From: Raillietiella orientalis
Taxonomy: Eukaryota
Assembly (NCBI GenBank): GCA_036172245.1
Contig: JAYWIR010000017.1
Location: 1,798,001 to 1,862,000, forward strand
DNA length: 64,000 bases
Reading direction: 5' to 3'
Positions 41,422-56,200 of this stretch are shown piece after piece. The notes beneath the pieces were generated by a model that saw only the letters and a list, made by a program, of their open reading frames with translations, did no database searches and had not been told where the DNA came from. Every line of letters begins with the position of its first letter. The stretch's first letter is position 1. The translations under genes were made by a program, and so were the position numbers.

Positions 41422-44400
41422 TTCCACTCTGTTGCAACCCAGTCTGCAAAAGCGCTGCAGCACATTTTAATCATCAGTACTTTAAAGCGTATTTCTTTTA
41501 ATAGGAGGCTTTTAACAGTGGCTTTCAGAGGCTTCGTTTTCAAGAATTACGAAAGGCACAACGGGGTTTAAAATGCTTCCTAGTTTTAATGGTTTCTAAT
41601 TTTCTTTTGAATGTCCACATAACGGAACTTGACTGACCTCAACTTCTAATAATGTTTGCCTTTCATTGAGTAAAAATACTGATGCCTGTGCTGTTTAGCC
41701 TAATATTCGTACTCGTGCATCATGATGTTATCTACCCCAATAGCAGAATCTCATCAAGACAATGTTTCACGTGTAAGCTAATAGAAAGTTTTTCGGGCTT
41801 GGCGAGATGGTAATAAAACGATCAGAAAACTTTAAACTATCCATTCAAAATTAAAGGACCTGTGCCCAAGGAGAAACGATTTACTTGTACTCCTTGGAAA
41901 CGGAGACACTCGCGTGGAATAACTGCACGAGTTATTTCCTCTTCTCCTTGAAGTGATTTTCATCTTCCAAGAAGCAAGTTGTCCACTTAGTTCATAGTTT
42001 CGAAGTGAATTTTGCCGACATACCGAGTCCAACCTTCAATCGAATCGCAAGTATTCACATTGGTTATACGTCATCTGATCTTCTTTCATCTTAGGCACAT
42101 CGGATGTATATGGAGACCTTGGAAGTTTTGCAGAAAAGCGCATTTATTTATTTTTTCCTCTACAAGGTGACTTTCAGAAGATACAAGGAATCTACAAAGA
42201 GAGAAATTTTAGTTCGATAGCAAAACTATCAGTTCATTAACGTCTTTCCTAATCCAAATGTTTCCAGTCTGATTGACACATTCATCGCAGAGATACCAGT
42301 TTCCTTTGAAAAGTGATTTAGGAAAGGAAGCAGTTTCCCAGTTGAGTCTTTACGGTCCTTCAATCTTTAGATAAATTTATCGAATGCACGTCATGACATT
42401 GAACAAGTACATTTTGGAGGAAGAGGAATAAAGCTGTGGACGCTGATTTCAAAAGTCCTAAGCAAGCTATAAGACTATTCGAATGAAAACGAATCCATTT
42501 CTATTTGAAAAATCACAGATCTCGAATCTCATAACGGTTTTTGCGCGCAATGTGTGCATTTTTGATCGTCTCAGTAGCAACTTGTGGGATATCTGGACCA
42601 AAGAAGCAGTATTTGGAAAAAACATGGGAAGAGTATGGAGCTGGTTCGTGTAAGTTTATTACGAATGCATAGTGGTTTTTGGATCAAGGATTGACGAGTG
42701 CACTCTGGGAACTTCTCAGATGTACTAATAAAGTCTTACTCCAAGATCATCGTAGCGTTTTATTACCTTTTATTCTTCCAGTCCTTGTAGCCTCTTATTG
42801 AACATCAGATTTTCACAAGGAAAACTAGAATGATTTTGTAGATGCAGTTTAAAAGCTTCTTCCGTTGACTATTTTGTGCCAAACATGGGCTTATGCAATT
42901 TTTTCCATCCGCTGATGTTGTTTACAAGTCACTAGAGCGGTAGTTGAAGTTATTCAGAACATAAGGTGATTTGCACGCCTCTCTCAGAAGGGAAAAAAAA
43001 AAAAAAAACCATCCATTGGCATCAGCTTTTTTACCTTCAGCACATATGCATCAACAAATATAATCTGAAGGATGTGTTGATATTACGTAAACTACGTATA
43101 TGATGGATTCCTATGTATCAGCACGATCTTTAGTATAGTATGCATGAATTACGAATAATAACTTCTGTTCGTAATTAATGTATGTATGAACATTCGTGCA
43201 CGCGGCAAAAGTTACAATCCATCAGTGCAATGCAATATTAAGCTTTTCAGCCTCTGAAAATGGAACATTAGATTAGGCAAGCCACAGGGAATTAGAAATT
43301 TAAGTTCAGACCATTTTGATGCATAATTTCCAATATTTCAGAACTAAGGAAGGATATACAAGATCCAGTGAATGCTGTATCCGGTGGATACCACAGTTGC
43401 AGATTCGTGATTAGCAGACTAAATTTGTTTTCAGATTAGCAGTTACAAATCCCTCTTACGATTCGTGCACGTTTTCCTTAGAAGCACGTAAAATAGTGAT
43501 TGAGTGCTTGATCCTCAAAAGATACTACTACTAAATGAATATCAGTTTCCCAGATGTCAATTTCAGAGTGAAAATAACTTTTGGTATGCTCCTCTCCAAC
43601 TCCTTGGAAACGCGTTTAAGTAGATAAGGATGTTGATAAACCAGGTGAAAGAAAAACTCCTGAATGATTTATTAAGCAATCATTCTGGCATGTCAGTTTT
43701 TACTACAGTTAGAGAGTCACTAAAGCCCTTATTCCTTAAAATTATTTTCACAATCAAGTGAGCTCTCAAAAACTTTGGAAATCAAGGTTTTAATTGCAGT
43801 GGACTTTCTTTTGTGTACATCTGGGATGCGTAAACCGCAGGCTCTTAAATGAGTGCTAATATCTGCGAGAGAATTGTGTTGGAAACCATTCGTGTGGTCT
43901 TTAGTCTGGTGTTTAGTCTATAGCAGCATCATTTCCTGTACCGCTGATTCTCATTCAAGGAACAGTGGTCATTCACCAACAGGTTTGCCTCCTCAGACTG
44001 GAAGAATTCTGGAACAATGCTCAGGAATCGCACATCTGCAGACAGCACCAAAAAATCAACACCATAGGTGTCACGGTGTACTGAAGCCAAATTTAGACGA
44101 AAGTGTTTCGGATAAACTACATTTCAGGCAATTTAATGTAGTGTCGGTTGATGTTTAAGTTGCTCGTCACAATTCGAGCATTTGAGTGCAAACAAAACAT
44201 TATCATCTCCATTAGATGCCAGACAAGGAAAACCACTTTTACCACGATAAATGTTTGGAATTCAGTCCCCGTGCGGGGTAGGGAGAAGCATCCGGAAAGA
44301 GAAGAACCATTTAGCACTCATCTGTAACGTCTGTAAGCAAACGAAAGGTTTTTACTAAGTGCGGAATTCCGGTCGAAAGTTTGTTTGATTTAGAAATTAC

Positions 44401-47400
44401 AGGATCCATGGGGTGCTTTAAGAAAAAAACATGCGACCTGTATTCAATTTGCAGAAAAATGCTATAAAAGCGTTTTGTTATCTTTTATTACCTCTCAAGT
44501 ATAGTTTCGAAGGAAACTTTTGCGAAAACTCTATCATCTGAGATTACTGGTAAGCAAGAATTTTCCCCAAGTCATGTAAGCACAAAGCAGTTTTTGTGAA
44601 TATGCGGCAATGCTTTGGAATTTTCTGCCAATTTCACATCATTCTTCCGTCCCGTTCTAAAAAGCCTCATCTTCTGCAGCAAGGCAATCCTGTGTTCCCC
44701 AGTCCTTTTATTCCTCGCCTCTCCTCATAACCGCATGCAAAGTGTGTGGGACGCGTGTAGCTTTTCGCAATGAAAGGTGACTTTGAGTATAGGAAAATAG
44801 GTTGTTGCGAATGGTGTGGAAAGAGTCAAACCCTTACCTGAACGGCAGGCTGACTCCCGTCGACGACCCCGTATTCGTTGAGAATTTGCTGGAGCGCATT
44901 AACTTCCACCATGAAGTAACTGGTGCTTTATGTCGCTACTCGTTGCACCGTCCGAACTAAGATCACACGATGATTTACAGACCACAGCTGATGCTCTTCC
45001 TTTGTATACGCAATTTCGCATGTTGCAATTTATCATATGCAGGATGCGGTGAAGATCGGGATTGAAAATTCCAAGCAAAAATCAAGCAAGTGGACGGCTT
45101 TGTCGAGTGAGGTATTTCTCATTCATTGCAGGGCTGATGCTAAAGACAGAGCGAGAAAGAGATGAGTATTCCTATTATTTTTCTACGATCCATGTAAACT
45201 AATAGACCGCTTCTCTGTAAGAACAGATTAGGATTGTGGATCCGCAAGCTTTTAAAGAAATTATGCATGACATGTTTAATGGCAGCTGTGCATTAAAATC
45301 TAAGAAAAAGAATGGAAGAAGCATTTAGAAGTATTGTGGTTTCATCTCGGAAAGCAAAAATGGAAAGGTCTAATCAAAGGGGTGGTTTGGAAAGAAGCTG
45401 GAACGAATGGAAGCAGGGGGAGATGTTTATTTAGTATATGGGAAGCATCATTATAATCTCGTTATTTCCCTACTTCTTTCCAATTGAGATAATCAAGACT
45501 GATGACACCTCTTGCAATTATCCAAAAATTTGATTACTGATGTCTTTCGAAACAGAAAATCGATATGTTAAGATTAGGAAACCAACATACATCATTTTTG
45601 ATTGCTAATTAAAGGTTGTGTATCAAAAAAAAAAAGCACAAATGGTTCTCTTAGCAAGTTCTCTCTCTCTTTAATTGCTAACAGTCAAAGATTTTCGTTA
45701 AGAGAAACCACCTAGTCTTTACATCCTGAAAAAAGAAACTCCCTAATTGCAATCCAAAATGAAATCTATAAGGAAAATCGACTGATCTTCCTTCAGTTCA
45801 ATAAATTGTATATTACAGAAGAATCAACACATCTGTGTGTGCTTTTCCTACGCCACTTCCATACATTAGCGTGTGCCTGCGCTACCCTTAATTGTGAAAT
45901 ACCAAAGAGGTTAAAAATACCCATTCTGGATTCCCCATTATGCAGTAGAAGTTTTGGCAACAGACTCAGCTGCGCTGCTGGTCTGGTAGAAAGAAACGCC
46001 ATTCGTTCTTGTATTCGCTTTAGCAAATCCTCATTCTTTACGAAAGAGGAGTATGCATCAGAATTATATTAATGATCCTGAAAATTTCGCAGGATACAGT
46101 CGATGTAACACTGGATAATGGTGTGGAGTAGTTGCTTATACAATGTCACAAATTTTCTAGGGGAAGTTTCTTCCTTTTGACAGACTCCAGGGAAGATAAA
46201 TCCTTCTGGGCTCTCTTTCCTCTTTGATGCAGTCAGATGAGCTGAACTTCTCAATCATCCGTAAAGTACATTGGAAACGGGACTGCTCTGAACCGCATTT
46301 TTGTAAAAGACGGTAAACAACTCGTCCATCTTCGTCAGGAAAAAAATCCTATTCCTTCCTATAAATTGGTTGAATCAGGAAATTTTCTTCTAGAAACTTG
46401 AAGAAGAAAACCTATCTACAAGTTTTCCCCCCAAATAAGAAATCATTCGAATCGTCAGGATGTTCACCTGATGTTCATACTGCTAAGGATACAAGGAAGT
46501 ACTCTCTGTTGTTCTCACGAAGATGCTAAGAGATCCATCCCTGAGAACTTCTCATGAAAAAAAGATGCGATACACCTGGAAGCTACCGCTGATAGATTAA
46601 CAAAAATTTTTTTTAAGTACTTTCTCAAAAAACCTGATAAGAGAAGGCAGCGTTTCTGGCTTTCTCTGTACTCTATACTGAGTGGAATCAATCGGGTAAA
46701 TTGCGATTTTTAGAATGATGTGGTGACTCATGCAAAAGGAGATGTCTCAGAGCTTTTTTTTTCTGAACGAAAAATCCTGAAATAATTCTGATCTGTAATG
46801 CTGAAGCAGATATGGAAAACGGATTTTGAAGCTGAAAATCAGAAAAGCTTGAATTTTGAAACTCCCATCAAAACTTCGTGCTTTATGATAAGTGTTCTAT
46901 TTATCGTTGCAGTTTGGATATTTATGAAAATCTGATGCTCCTAGTGTGAAATTCAGTATTCGTTTCCGTGGAGCTTTAGAAATCAAATAGCATTCAAAAG
47001 TCCGAAAACATCATACCAAACTGATTTATCTAATGGTTTACCCTATTAGAATTTGCAAAATTGTATAAAAATCAAAACTGTATAAGTGATGGCGATGGTG
47101 CATTTTGATTGATAATTCATCAAGAGGCTCTGTGGACAGACCAGTTATCAAGCAAAAATTCTATTTACTTCTGTCCTCTTGTTTGTTCGATTCGATGCTA
47201 TTCGAGATTCAACTGTTACATGGTGATTTTTGTCTTAATCGGGAGAATCCACAGAATCATTTTGGTTCATGATTTGCGGAACTACTACGAAAAAAAAAAA
47301 AAATTCAGTGTCCAAAGTTTGCCTCGCAACTATACTTGTAACTTCTCAGAGTAAATCATCGACCCAAAGACATTTTTTTGAGCAGAAGGACACTGGAACA

Positions 47401-50299
47401 CAAAGCATTCCTCAATGTCTATGTTTCTGAAGATGTTCTTAACAATTAATAACATGGACTTTTAGTCAATTGATCATTCACCACGCTAAACAGCTTAAGA
47501 TCGAGACCTGGGGTTCTCTTACTTTGACACAAGGGTGAGACTTCACGGGCACTTACTGTTTGAGCACAGCAGTGATGCTTGCATGCTCTTTCCGTGCTAC
47601 TTGTGCGTTTTCGCCACTGGTCCCGCCACATTGGATCGAATGGCTCCTAAAGGAATCATCGGAAAATCATGTTTGAAAGCATCTCCAATTCTTAAGTAAT
47701 CCACTGACATGAAGAATCTATTCACTTGATTGCAAAGCAAGTCAAGTGTTATGCAGGTTCTCGTCTGACCAGACGCAAGAGGTGCTGAAAGACACGCTCA
47801 TCCGTGAAACTATCTTGCAGTTCTGCTATTAGTTGCTCTGGCTCACTGTTGTCTGCTATCTCAACCTGAAGAAGTGGAAGCTTCGAAAGAATTAAAACTG
47901 TGACTGAACTCCTTCAACAATTTCACAGTTGCCAGGTTTTCAAGAGATCCCATCGGTAAGTCGTGCATTTATAGAAGGAAAGCTCCCTTTAATGATCACC
48001 AGAGCAACACCTGAAGATCGAGTAAGCGTTCACGGGTTACGTGAGAGAGATTCATGCTCTGAACAGAGCTCATTAATAGTCATCGCTCTCCAGGGACGCA
48101 TATCTGACAAGAAGCCTAGAGCGATTGAGTGAGCAGATTGAGGGAAATGCATCTCAAAAGCAACGGTTTCTGTCTTTTTTTTTCCCTTGTTCTCATCTCA
48201 CGTCAAAGCTTCTTCCACTGCAAGGCGTATCCTTTACTGGATCTATGAAAAACGGCTTTTTCTCACAGGAACGAACCGCAAAGTGGAGGACTGGAGAGTG
48301 AAGCAAAGCTGCATCTAGTGTTCTGGCGAGACTGCGTATGAAAACATTCTTCCAGAGAAAGAGACTGTAGACAGTCTCCGAATCATTCGCATCCTCTCTT
48401 ATCTTCACAGCTCCTTAGCTTGACTCACCTAAACAGAAGAACGGAAGAAAAAAGGTTTTTGAGATGGCTGCATGACTCGAAATTCAGGCAAACAAACAAC
48501 CCCCCACCCCCCCCCCAAAAAAAAAGCCTTTCCAATTTTCTGGAGGAATTCGCTGTATCGAAAAATTCCTTCTCAGAAACGTCCACGCGCAAAAGTTGAA
48601 GACTGCAGAGCCATTGACGTTATCAGAATTTACTGCAGCATGGATAAGAATGTCAGGTGCAAGAATAGAAAAAGAAGAGAAACTGGAAGTGTTGGTTGCA
48701 TACGTGTTCCTCGAAAAGGCATGAAAACCTTCTTAAATTTGGCACAGGTTAAAACTGTCTTGCATGCAAAAGACATGCCTGCAAGGAGAAGGCAGCAAAA
48801 TTACCCATGCTTTCCTTAGTCAGTTAAAGAGAAAAATGACAGCCGATTAACCTTGCATCGTTGCAGTGATGCCACGTCTTCATGCCGAGAAACCTCGTCC
48901 ACATCGAGCTGGTGTAAAGACGGGATGCCAATAACCAGTTGCTTCCAAACGTGAAGTTTTCTAAATAAACAAACGAGAGTTTTGTAAGGGATGAAGGGAA
49001 GAAAGTCTTCTTTCACCTATTTGGTGAGAATTTGGAGGTTTCCTTTAGAAAAGCAGAGATGGGCATCCAAAGCTCATGACTGGTCCCATTATCTTGTGAA
49101 ATTTCTCTCCCGAAATTTTTCATCATCGTGAAAAAATGAGCAACCGCAGGTATTTCAAGAGCGCAGAAACCAAGGAGAGTTTCTAGCACAAAGGTGGAGG
49201 GGAGAAATTCAGGAACTTGATCTTCGAAGCTGAAACGTAACATGCACAAATTGGGATCTCCTGAAAGAAACGGGTGATCTGCAAAACCAATAAAAGAAGG
49301 CATCATGCATGCTGGGTGAGGAGCTGCTTTCCTGAATGCCAGTTTCAGAGCATGTGAGATATCCCAGGTTACCCCTCTTGCTCCTTTTCTGCTCTTTCGA
49401 GTAGGGGGTGCTGCTCCGCATTGCGTGGGTTTGGAGAACGAGGTTCGTCAGTGGCAGAGAGAGAGAACAAAAAATCTCGAAAGGAAGGAACCCCTAAAGA
49501 GATTGATGCACAGAGGAAGTGCTAAAGGTGGCTCTGGAGGAGGCATGACTCTTGACGGTGCTTTCTGTCTGTCTGCGAGAAAGCAGATGTTTACCCAGGG
49601 AAGCATCATCTGTCGATGAACTTGTTATGGATGTTGGGTCAAATCCTTCTCCTAGGCAAGGAGACGGGATTGATTAGCATCCATCCAGGTGTGCGTTTTC
49701 CTGCGCCAGATGTTTTTTTTTTTTCATTGGAAGTCGGTGTGAGTCAGCTAGGATGACCGGTTTGGTAACAGTCTAAGGAGAGTTCTTGATGATCCTCGTA
49801 GGTCTGTGAAAGCAGCTACTGCAGGAATGAAAGAAAGAAGCATCCGCTCAGTTTCGAAGGCAGTCTAAGTGCTTGTATCTTTAGGAAACTGACCACAGAA
49901 GGCACGAAAAATGGGTTTCAGCTGACAGATGTGGCTCAGGACTGTGCATGGAAAGTTCGGGGGTACGCAAAAAAAAAAAAAAATTAAGAGATGCATCATC
50001 CACCTCTCTTAAGGGCGCTTGGGTCAAGCAGCCCAAAGATGCTTCTTCCGCTTTCTCAGGCATCCGACTTTCGAGTGGTTTCCTTTTTTGTCTTTGACCC
50101 CGAGTCAGGATCTTGCATCCTTAGGATACCAAGTCGAAGTACACCTGACTGTCCCACTGGCTCCGAGGTGACGAGGGATATCGAGAAGTTCTAACTGAAG
50201 AGGACACTGAAAAAGCGCTCATGGGAGCGGTCGTGCCAAGCGGACTGGGCCAGCTCGCAAGAGAAGTTTTGCCAAAAGGATGGGTGCGCAGATCGTTGG

Positions 50300-53200
50300 A
50301 GTCAGCCTCCTCAATACTCAATTTTGCAAGAAAAGAAGCACGAGTGCCAACTCAGCTCATCCAAGGAGGAACAATGGGAGCTGCTGCAGCAGCAGCAGCA
50401 GCAAAACGAGGGTGAATCTCAGACACCTTTCTTCCTCTCGTGGGTTTCACGTGCATCAACTAATGAGCGAATTCCGTAGGTTGGGTTGCACGCACCCCTC
50501 AAAGAGGCTGCGCAGCTTCCAGGAGCAGGGTGATGGAAATGCGTTGGCTGGTGGCGGAAGTCATTGGACGAAAGAGTCCGGAAGGCTTTGTAGCCGCGTT
50601 CGCCACGGCCGTTCACGCAAGCGACTCGTTGCTCCATCGGAACTGGATTAAGGTGGAGGGGTATCTGATAGAACTCCATCGGATGATGATAAGAGCCGCA
50701 CCCGGGAGTCCCGCTCCTCCCTTCCTCGGGCGGCGCCGGTAGCAGTCCCCTCCCACTCTTTGTGGCGCCGCTGACTTCTGGGAGCGAGAGCAGTGGAGTT
50801 TCGAGCAGGCCTCGGTGCGCTACGACGCGATTGTTCATGATTGGTCGCACAGGGGAACTTCCGCATCCCGCCGTTCCCCTCCCGGTGGCGACGTTCCCGT
50901 CCGCTCCTGCTAACGGTCCTGTTCGTGGAGGGCTTACGGGAGAGGGGGGAGCTCTCTGGAAAAAAAAAAAAAAAAGGGAAAGATTTGTGCTGTCATTGAG
51001 AAGGCGACCCTCCCACAGGCATCCCGAAGGAGAACTCCAGGGGCGATGCGCGCGCGCCATCGCCGCCATGTCAACTCGCGTCTCCCCATCCTTTTGGCTA
51101 AGATCAAAGTGTAGCATCCATCTCCCACACGCTCCAGGTATGCTCGAGAGTGCGCTTCAGCCATTCCCTTCCTTCCGCATGTCAGCCCGCGTCCCACCTC
51201 GCTCGTGGTGTTCGAGGCACGCGCCACCGCCTGCCTGCCTACCCCAGAGAGAGTGAGTGATCGGAATTTGGCAAGGAGGAGTCAGGAGACCAGAAGGAGA
51301 CTGCGAAACCTGCAGGACGCTTCTGGATTCCCATCCGTTTCCGGGAACTATCGGCCGACGTGCGCGCGCCCCCTGGCAAGGCACATGCATCCCTCTGGAA
51401 ACGGGAGGAGGACGGGGAACGGGAAAGGTGTGTTTGCTCTCCCTCCCTTTTCGACGGGGCGGGAGAAACGCGCACCGGAGCGCCAAGGCGACGCAGGTCC
51501 CGTCGGGTGCTCCGCTTCCCGGAAGCGGGGGGCAGCGTGCCGCGCGCGCGGCGGCGGCGCGGTACTTCCGTGCGCCATCTTTCCCCGGCAGGCGGCGCGT
51601 TCTCGGCTGAAAAAGTCCCGCGAGCGAAGGGGAGATGCCAGTCGCGAGCAGCGCGTGGTGCGGCGTGCGATGAGTGCGCGAGCGGAGGAGGCTGCGGCTG
51701 CAGCGGCGGCGGCGGCAGCGACAGCGACAGCTGCTAGCCCCGAGTGCTGCTGACTTGAGGACACGGTCAGGGTCTCCCTGAGGCGTGAGAGAGGGTCGTT
51801 CGAGCCCAGCCCGGCTGCGAGAGAGACGCAAAAGTGCTGCTTTTACTTCTGCCCCCCACCCCTTGCCCCCCCATCTACCCCGACCCGTTCTCGATTGACT
51901 ACAGGTTCTTCCCTCCCGTCCCCACCCCTTAGTTACACCCCAGGCATCCCACCTGCTAACTAGTTCATCCCCTATCCCCGCCCTTTGGTCTCGCTGCTGT
52001 CGCTCCCACGCCAGGCGCCGGGTCGCCTCTGTGCAGCGCCAACAGGCCGCTGAGGAGTAACGGCGGATGAGAGGGAGGAGCAGGTGGAAAAAAAAGGAAA
52101 AAGACGCGCGCGCAACTCAGATGCGGCTCCCAAGTCATGTGAGTAGGCGGGCCTCGGTCCCTACTTCCCCGACCCGGCTCCAGATGGGTGCCCCGAGGCG
52201 AAAGCCGCTGCCATCGGCTCGATATCGCGTGCGGTGGGGCCCTGCTTTTTATCCCTCATCTTCCCGCGGGGGGGGGGATGTAGACGACCCCTCCCCGCCG
52301 CCGCTGGCTGTGGTGGGAAAGCTCGCCCGCTCGCGGGCGAGCTTTACCACCTCGTCTTCGAGTGCCGGCGTGCGCTGCTATCCCCGGCGGCCTTGGCAGC
52401 GGCCTGTGGCTGAGGCGATCGGATGTTCCTCTCGACGCGCGTTGCCCCCCGTCCAGCTGCTGGCACGCTGAACCTCGCAGGAGGCGGCCAGCAGGGCGAG
52501 GGATGCACTGCGGCATTCCTCGCGTGGTCGGCAGCTTTCGCTTCGTCCCTTCCCTCCCGTCGCCTCCGTCGCCGCCGCCGTTGGCTCTGGAGCGCTCGCA
52601 AAGCGACGCACGTGTATCCTAAGGGAGGGGATGCGTGCTCGCTCCTCCTTCACCCTCATTCCTCCCCCTCCTCCCTTTCTCGCCAGTCTGCGTCCGCCGC
52701 CTCTTCAAGTGCGCGCGAAAGACGATTTTCTTTTTTTTCCCCCCTGCGTGCGCGCGTTCTCTGCTCTCCCCTCATCCTTCGCCTTCCACCAGGAGGACTC
52801 CCCAGCGTAGTCAAAGCTCCGGTGGAAGGGGAAGCGGAATCTTTTTTTTTTTTGAACTTCGACTTGGCAAGTGTTCCCGGCGTGGTCAGCGTCTGAAGCC
52901 AGGCTGTGGAGGCCGGAGCCTGCACAGAGTACGTTGCGCTGGTCAGGGTGATGGCAGCGGGGGAGATCATCCTTTGGCGCCATTCTCGCCCTCGCCGTGG
53001 GACCGAGTGTGGATGCTGCGGCTGGAGCACGGCGGCGCACTCATTCCCATCCACGGTTCCAATCCTTCTGGCGGCATTTTGTGCGCCTGGTCCTTCAGCC
53101 GAGGCCGAGGGGGGCGGGGCGGCGGCGCTGGTTTTCGTCTTCCCTCCTTTCGCCGCAGCATCCCACATCCACCTTGCAAGCCCTGTGCGCTGTCCGGTCC

Positions 53201-56200
53201 TCTGCGAGTGGACAGCCGCCCGGCGCGCGCGCGCGGACCGGTTGCTGTTATTCAACAAGACGCGGTGATGGCAGGGGATTCGCAGAGCCCACGCCGGGGA
53301 GGGGAGGAGGAAGGAGGGAGGAAGGCGATTCCGTGATGGTTCGTGGGCGAGCGTAATCTCCATGCGTGTCCCTTGCAGGTCGTCCGAGTGAACCGGGATG
53401 ACTCTTCGTGAGGCTTTCTGCGTTTGGCTGGCTGTAGTGGCGGCGGCAACAGCGGCGGTGGCGGCTTCTACCGGGAAAGGCGTGTCGCCAGGTAAGTCGC
53501 TTTCCGGGTCGCAGCCCATCTAGTCCGCCGCCCAGTGACACCTCCCTGGACGAGAGAGAGGGGTGGAGCCGGGGAGAAAGGTCTTTCGCGCTGCTGTTCC
53601 CTCCCTGCGAGCGGAAGACGGGCCTCGCGAAGAACGCGCCCGAGCCCGTGTCACGACCTCCCCCCGCTCGCGTTGAGTTTCCAGCTGCGTTCCTCGTCTT
53701 CCTTGTCCGTTGCGCCACCCTTTCCAGCTCCCCCTTCTCCCGCATTCCGTCTCTCCTCCTCTCGCCTCCCTCGTGAGAGCGGCGACGAGAAGGCGGACGT
53801 GCGCCCCGGACAGCGGACAGGCCGGATCGCGCGCGCAACCGTCCTCGTTGTCTCGCAGCGAGATACTCCCTCCGGCTCTTCGTGACCCCTGTCTTCGAGA
53901 GCACTCTTCGCGAAAGGCGCGGCGTAGCCGTCACCGGGTCCTTCTGGTGCGGTCAGCCGCCTCTCTCCTCTTTTTTTTTTTTTCTTGTCTCCTTTCTCCC
54001 GGCTTTCGAGAGTTGCACATTTCTCCTCCTCCCCTTCCGTGTCCGCTGCCACGGGAAGAAACGCGCGCAAAAAAAAAAAGAAAAAAAAAGCGCTGCGTCG
54101 CATCCATCATCGGCAGTCGAGAGCGGCTCTCCTCGGCGAAGGGTGCGTTCGCAGGGGCCCGCTCTCCTGCATATCCTTCGCGTCTCCTCCACTTTTTTTC
54201 TCCGCTTCCCGCCGTGGCGATCTCTTCAGCTCGTCGTCGACTGGGACCGTCCTGACCCCCTGGCGCAGCTCTTTCTCCAGCAGAGGCGATGGCAGCAGTA
54301 GCGGCCAGGCGGTGGATTCTCCTTCCCCCTCCACCCTCCTCCCATTTTCGCCCTATTGTTCCTCCCCCTCTCACCTCCCTCTCCCCTTTCTCCGCTTGCA
54401 GCCTGCACACGCAGACCCTGAGAACGAGCCTTTCGGCGCTTTTCGGCTCGCGCATCCCGGAACGCCTCCGCCCGCCTCTCCCCCTTCCTTCACGGTTCGC
54501 GGACCGGAGCGGGAAAACAAACTGCTTCTCCCGCTCCCCTTCCTCCTGGCGTCGTTGTCTTCCGCCTACGAGCAAGGATCTCCCTTTCGGTTGTTTTCCT
54601 TTTGGGTGCCACGGAACGGAACCGGGAGCGTGTACACTCTCTCGCTCCTCCAGAGGCCATCCGAAGGTGCTCCCGGTCATTCCCCAGTCCACGTCGGGGG
54701 ACTCGCGCGAAGGCCGCGAAAAACCGGGGAAGCCAGAAAAAGGCAGCGGGGCGGCTCCGGGAACGAAGACTGCGGGGGATTCGCCTCTCTGTCGAGTCAA
54801 CCGCTCTGTGCCTTGAACAGGTGCCCTCGCGGAGCTGACCGGCTTTCCATGATCTCGCCACCTCCGCTTTGCAGCTGGGAGCTCTCTTTGTCGCCGGGGT
54901 CACGTTTGTGAAAGCGCGTGCTTCCCCAACTGACCTCCCCCGACGTTTGGGGGAGACTGGCCGGCTCTGCGCTCTCCAGCCCGACTTCCATCCACTAATA
55001 CCTCTAATACCCTAAGGGTAGCCTTAGGGTGTTTCTACCACGCTATCCACGCCACCTTGACGCGTTGCTTCCCGCTTTCTCCGCTCTTCTCTCTCCTTCG
55101 GCGCGGAAGGAGGAGGAAGAGGAGGAGGAGGAGGAGGTAGCGGTGGTATCGGAACGATGCTGGACATGGCTGCTTTCTCTTCTTTGGGGGAATCCCTCTT
55201 CCTCTCGAGCGCATCCGCAGGGATGCGCATTCCACCAACTGCGGGATCCGCCGTCCCGAACAGCACAAAACTCTTCTTCTTCGGTGCTCCTCGGGTCGGA
55301 GGTTCACTTTCTCTCTCTTTTTGGTTTCTCCCCGTCCTCTTGCCACGAGCGTTCCCTCTGAGGGTGACAAAAAGCGCAGGCATCCCTCTTCCCGCCCGTT
55401 TGCCTCCTTCCCCCCCGCTCTCTCTCTCTCGTCGATCCCCTTTCCTGCTCGCAGCGTCCACCGTTGTCACCAGCCCCCCGTTTGATTCTGTCCACATGCC
55501 CGCGCGCCTATCCCTCTCAGGAGTGGGTCGGCTGCCCTTGGAGGCAAGCAGGCTGCAACTCGAGTAGGGAAGGTGCACGTGCGTTCCCTTCGGGCGGAGT
55601 AAATCGATTACGGCTCATGAAGCGAAGGCTTTAAACCGGGAGGGTTCGGGAAGAACTCCCAAAGGAGTGCGGGAACTTGTTAATCGCCCACAAGTGAAAC
55701 CAAACTCAAGTGCCCAGCGTCGCCCTGGGGCAACGGACTCCGAATTCATCATGCTCTCGGGGGACTGCGGAGGACAAACGCAAGGAAGAGACCACCATGG
55801 CGGCAAGTGATCGGGAGTTACCGCATGTGGAAGCGGAGGATGAAGGAAAAGCTAGGGCGGCGTAAATCCCCCTCAAAGCGCGGGTTGGAAGCGGGAGGGA
55901 GGAGCGGGGAAAGTGCGTCGTCCTGGTCTGGCTGCTCGTCGTAGCTAGCCGGAAAGCGCCTCCCCCCCCACAAAGACGGGGATTCTCTACAGCCCCATCG
56001 TGTCGGGAGTGGAATGCAGGGCTCAGCTGCGCGATCCGTTTCCAGGATCGTTTCGGCGAGAGCGTGCCCCTGCGGGCGCTCGAGGTGGCACGGAAATTCC
56101 CGGCCGTCTCCCGAATTCGGAGTGGATCCCGCAGACCACGCCTCGTCGTCGAGCCGGAGCTGCGAAATGCACCCCCGGAAAAATTCCTGCTCCTTCCTTT

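Noticed and set aside
55791..55865. Strong Kozak ACCACCATGG opening a 22-aa ORF in the first coding intron (alternative first exon?)
   Set aside because: Ends at a stop codon with no canonical in-phase donor and no signal peptide.
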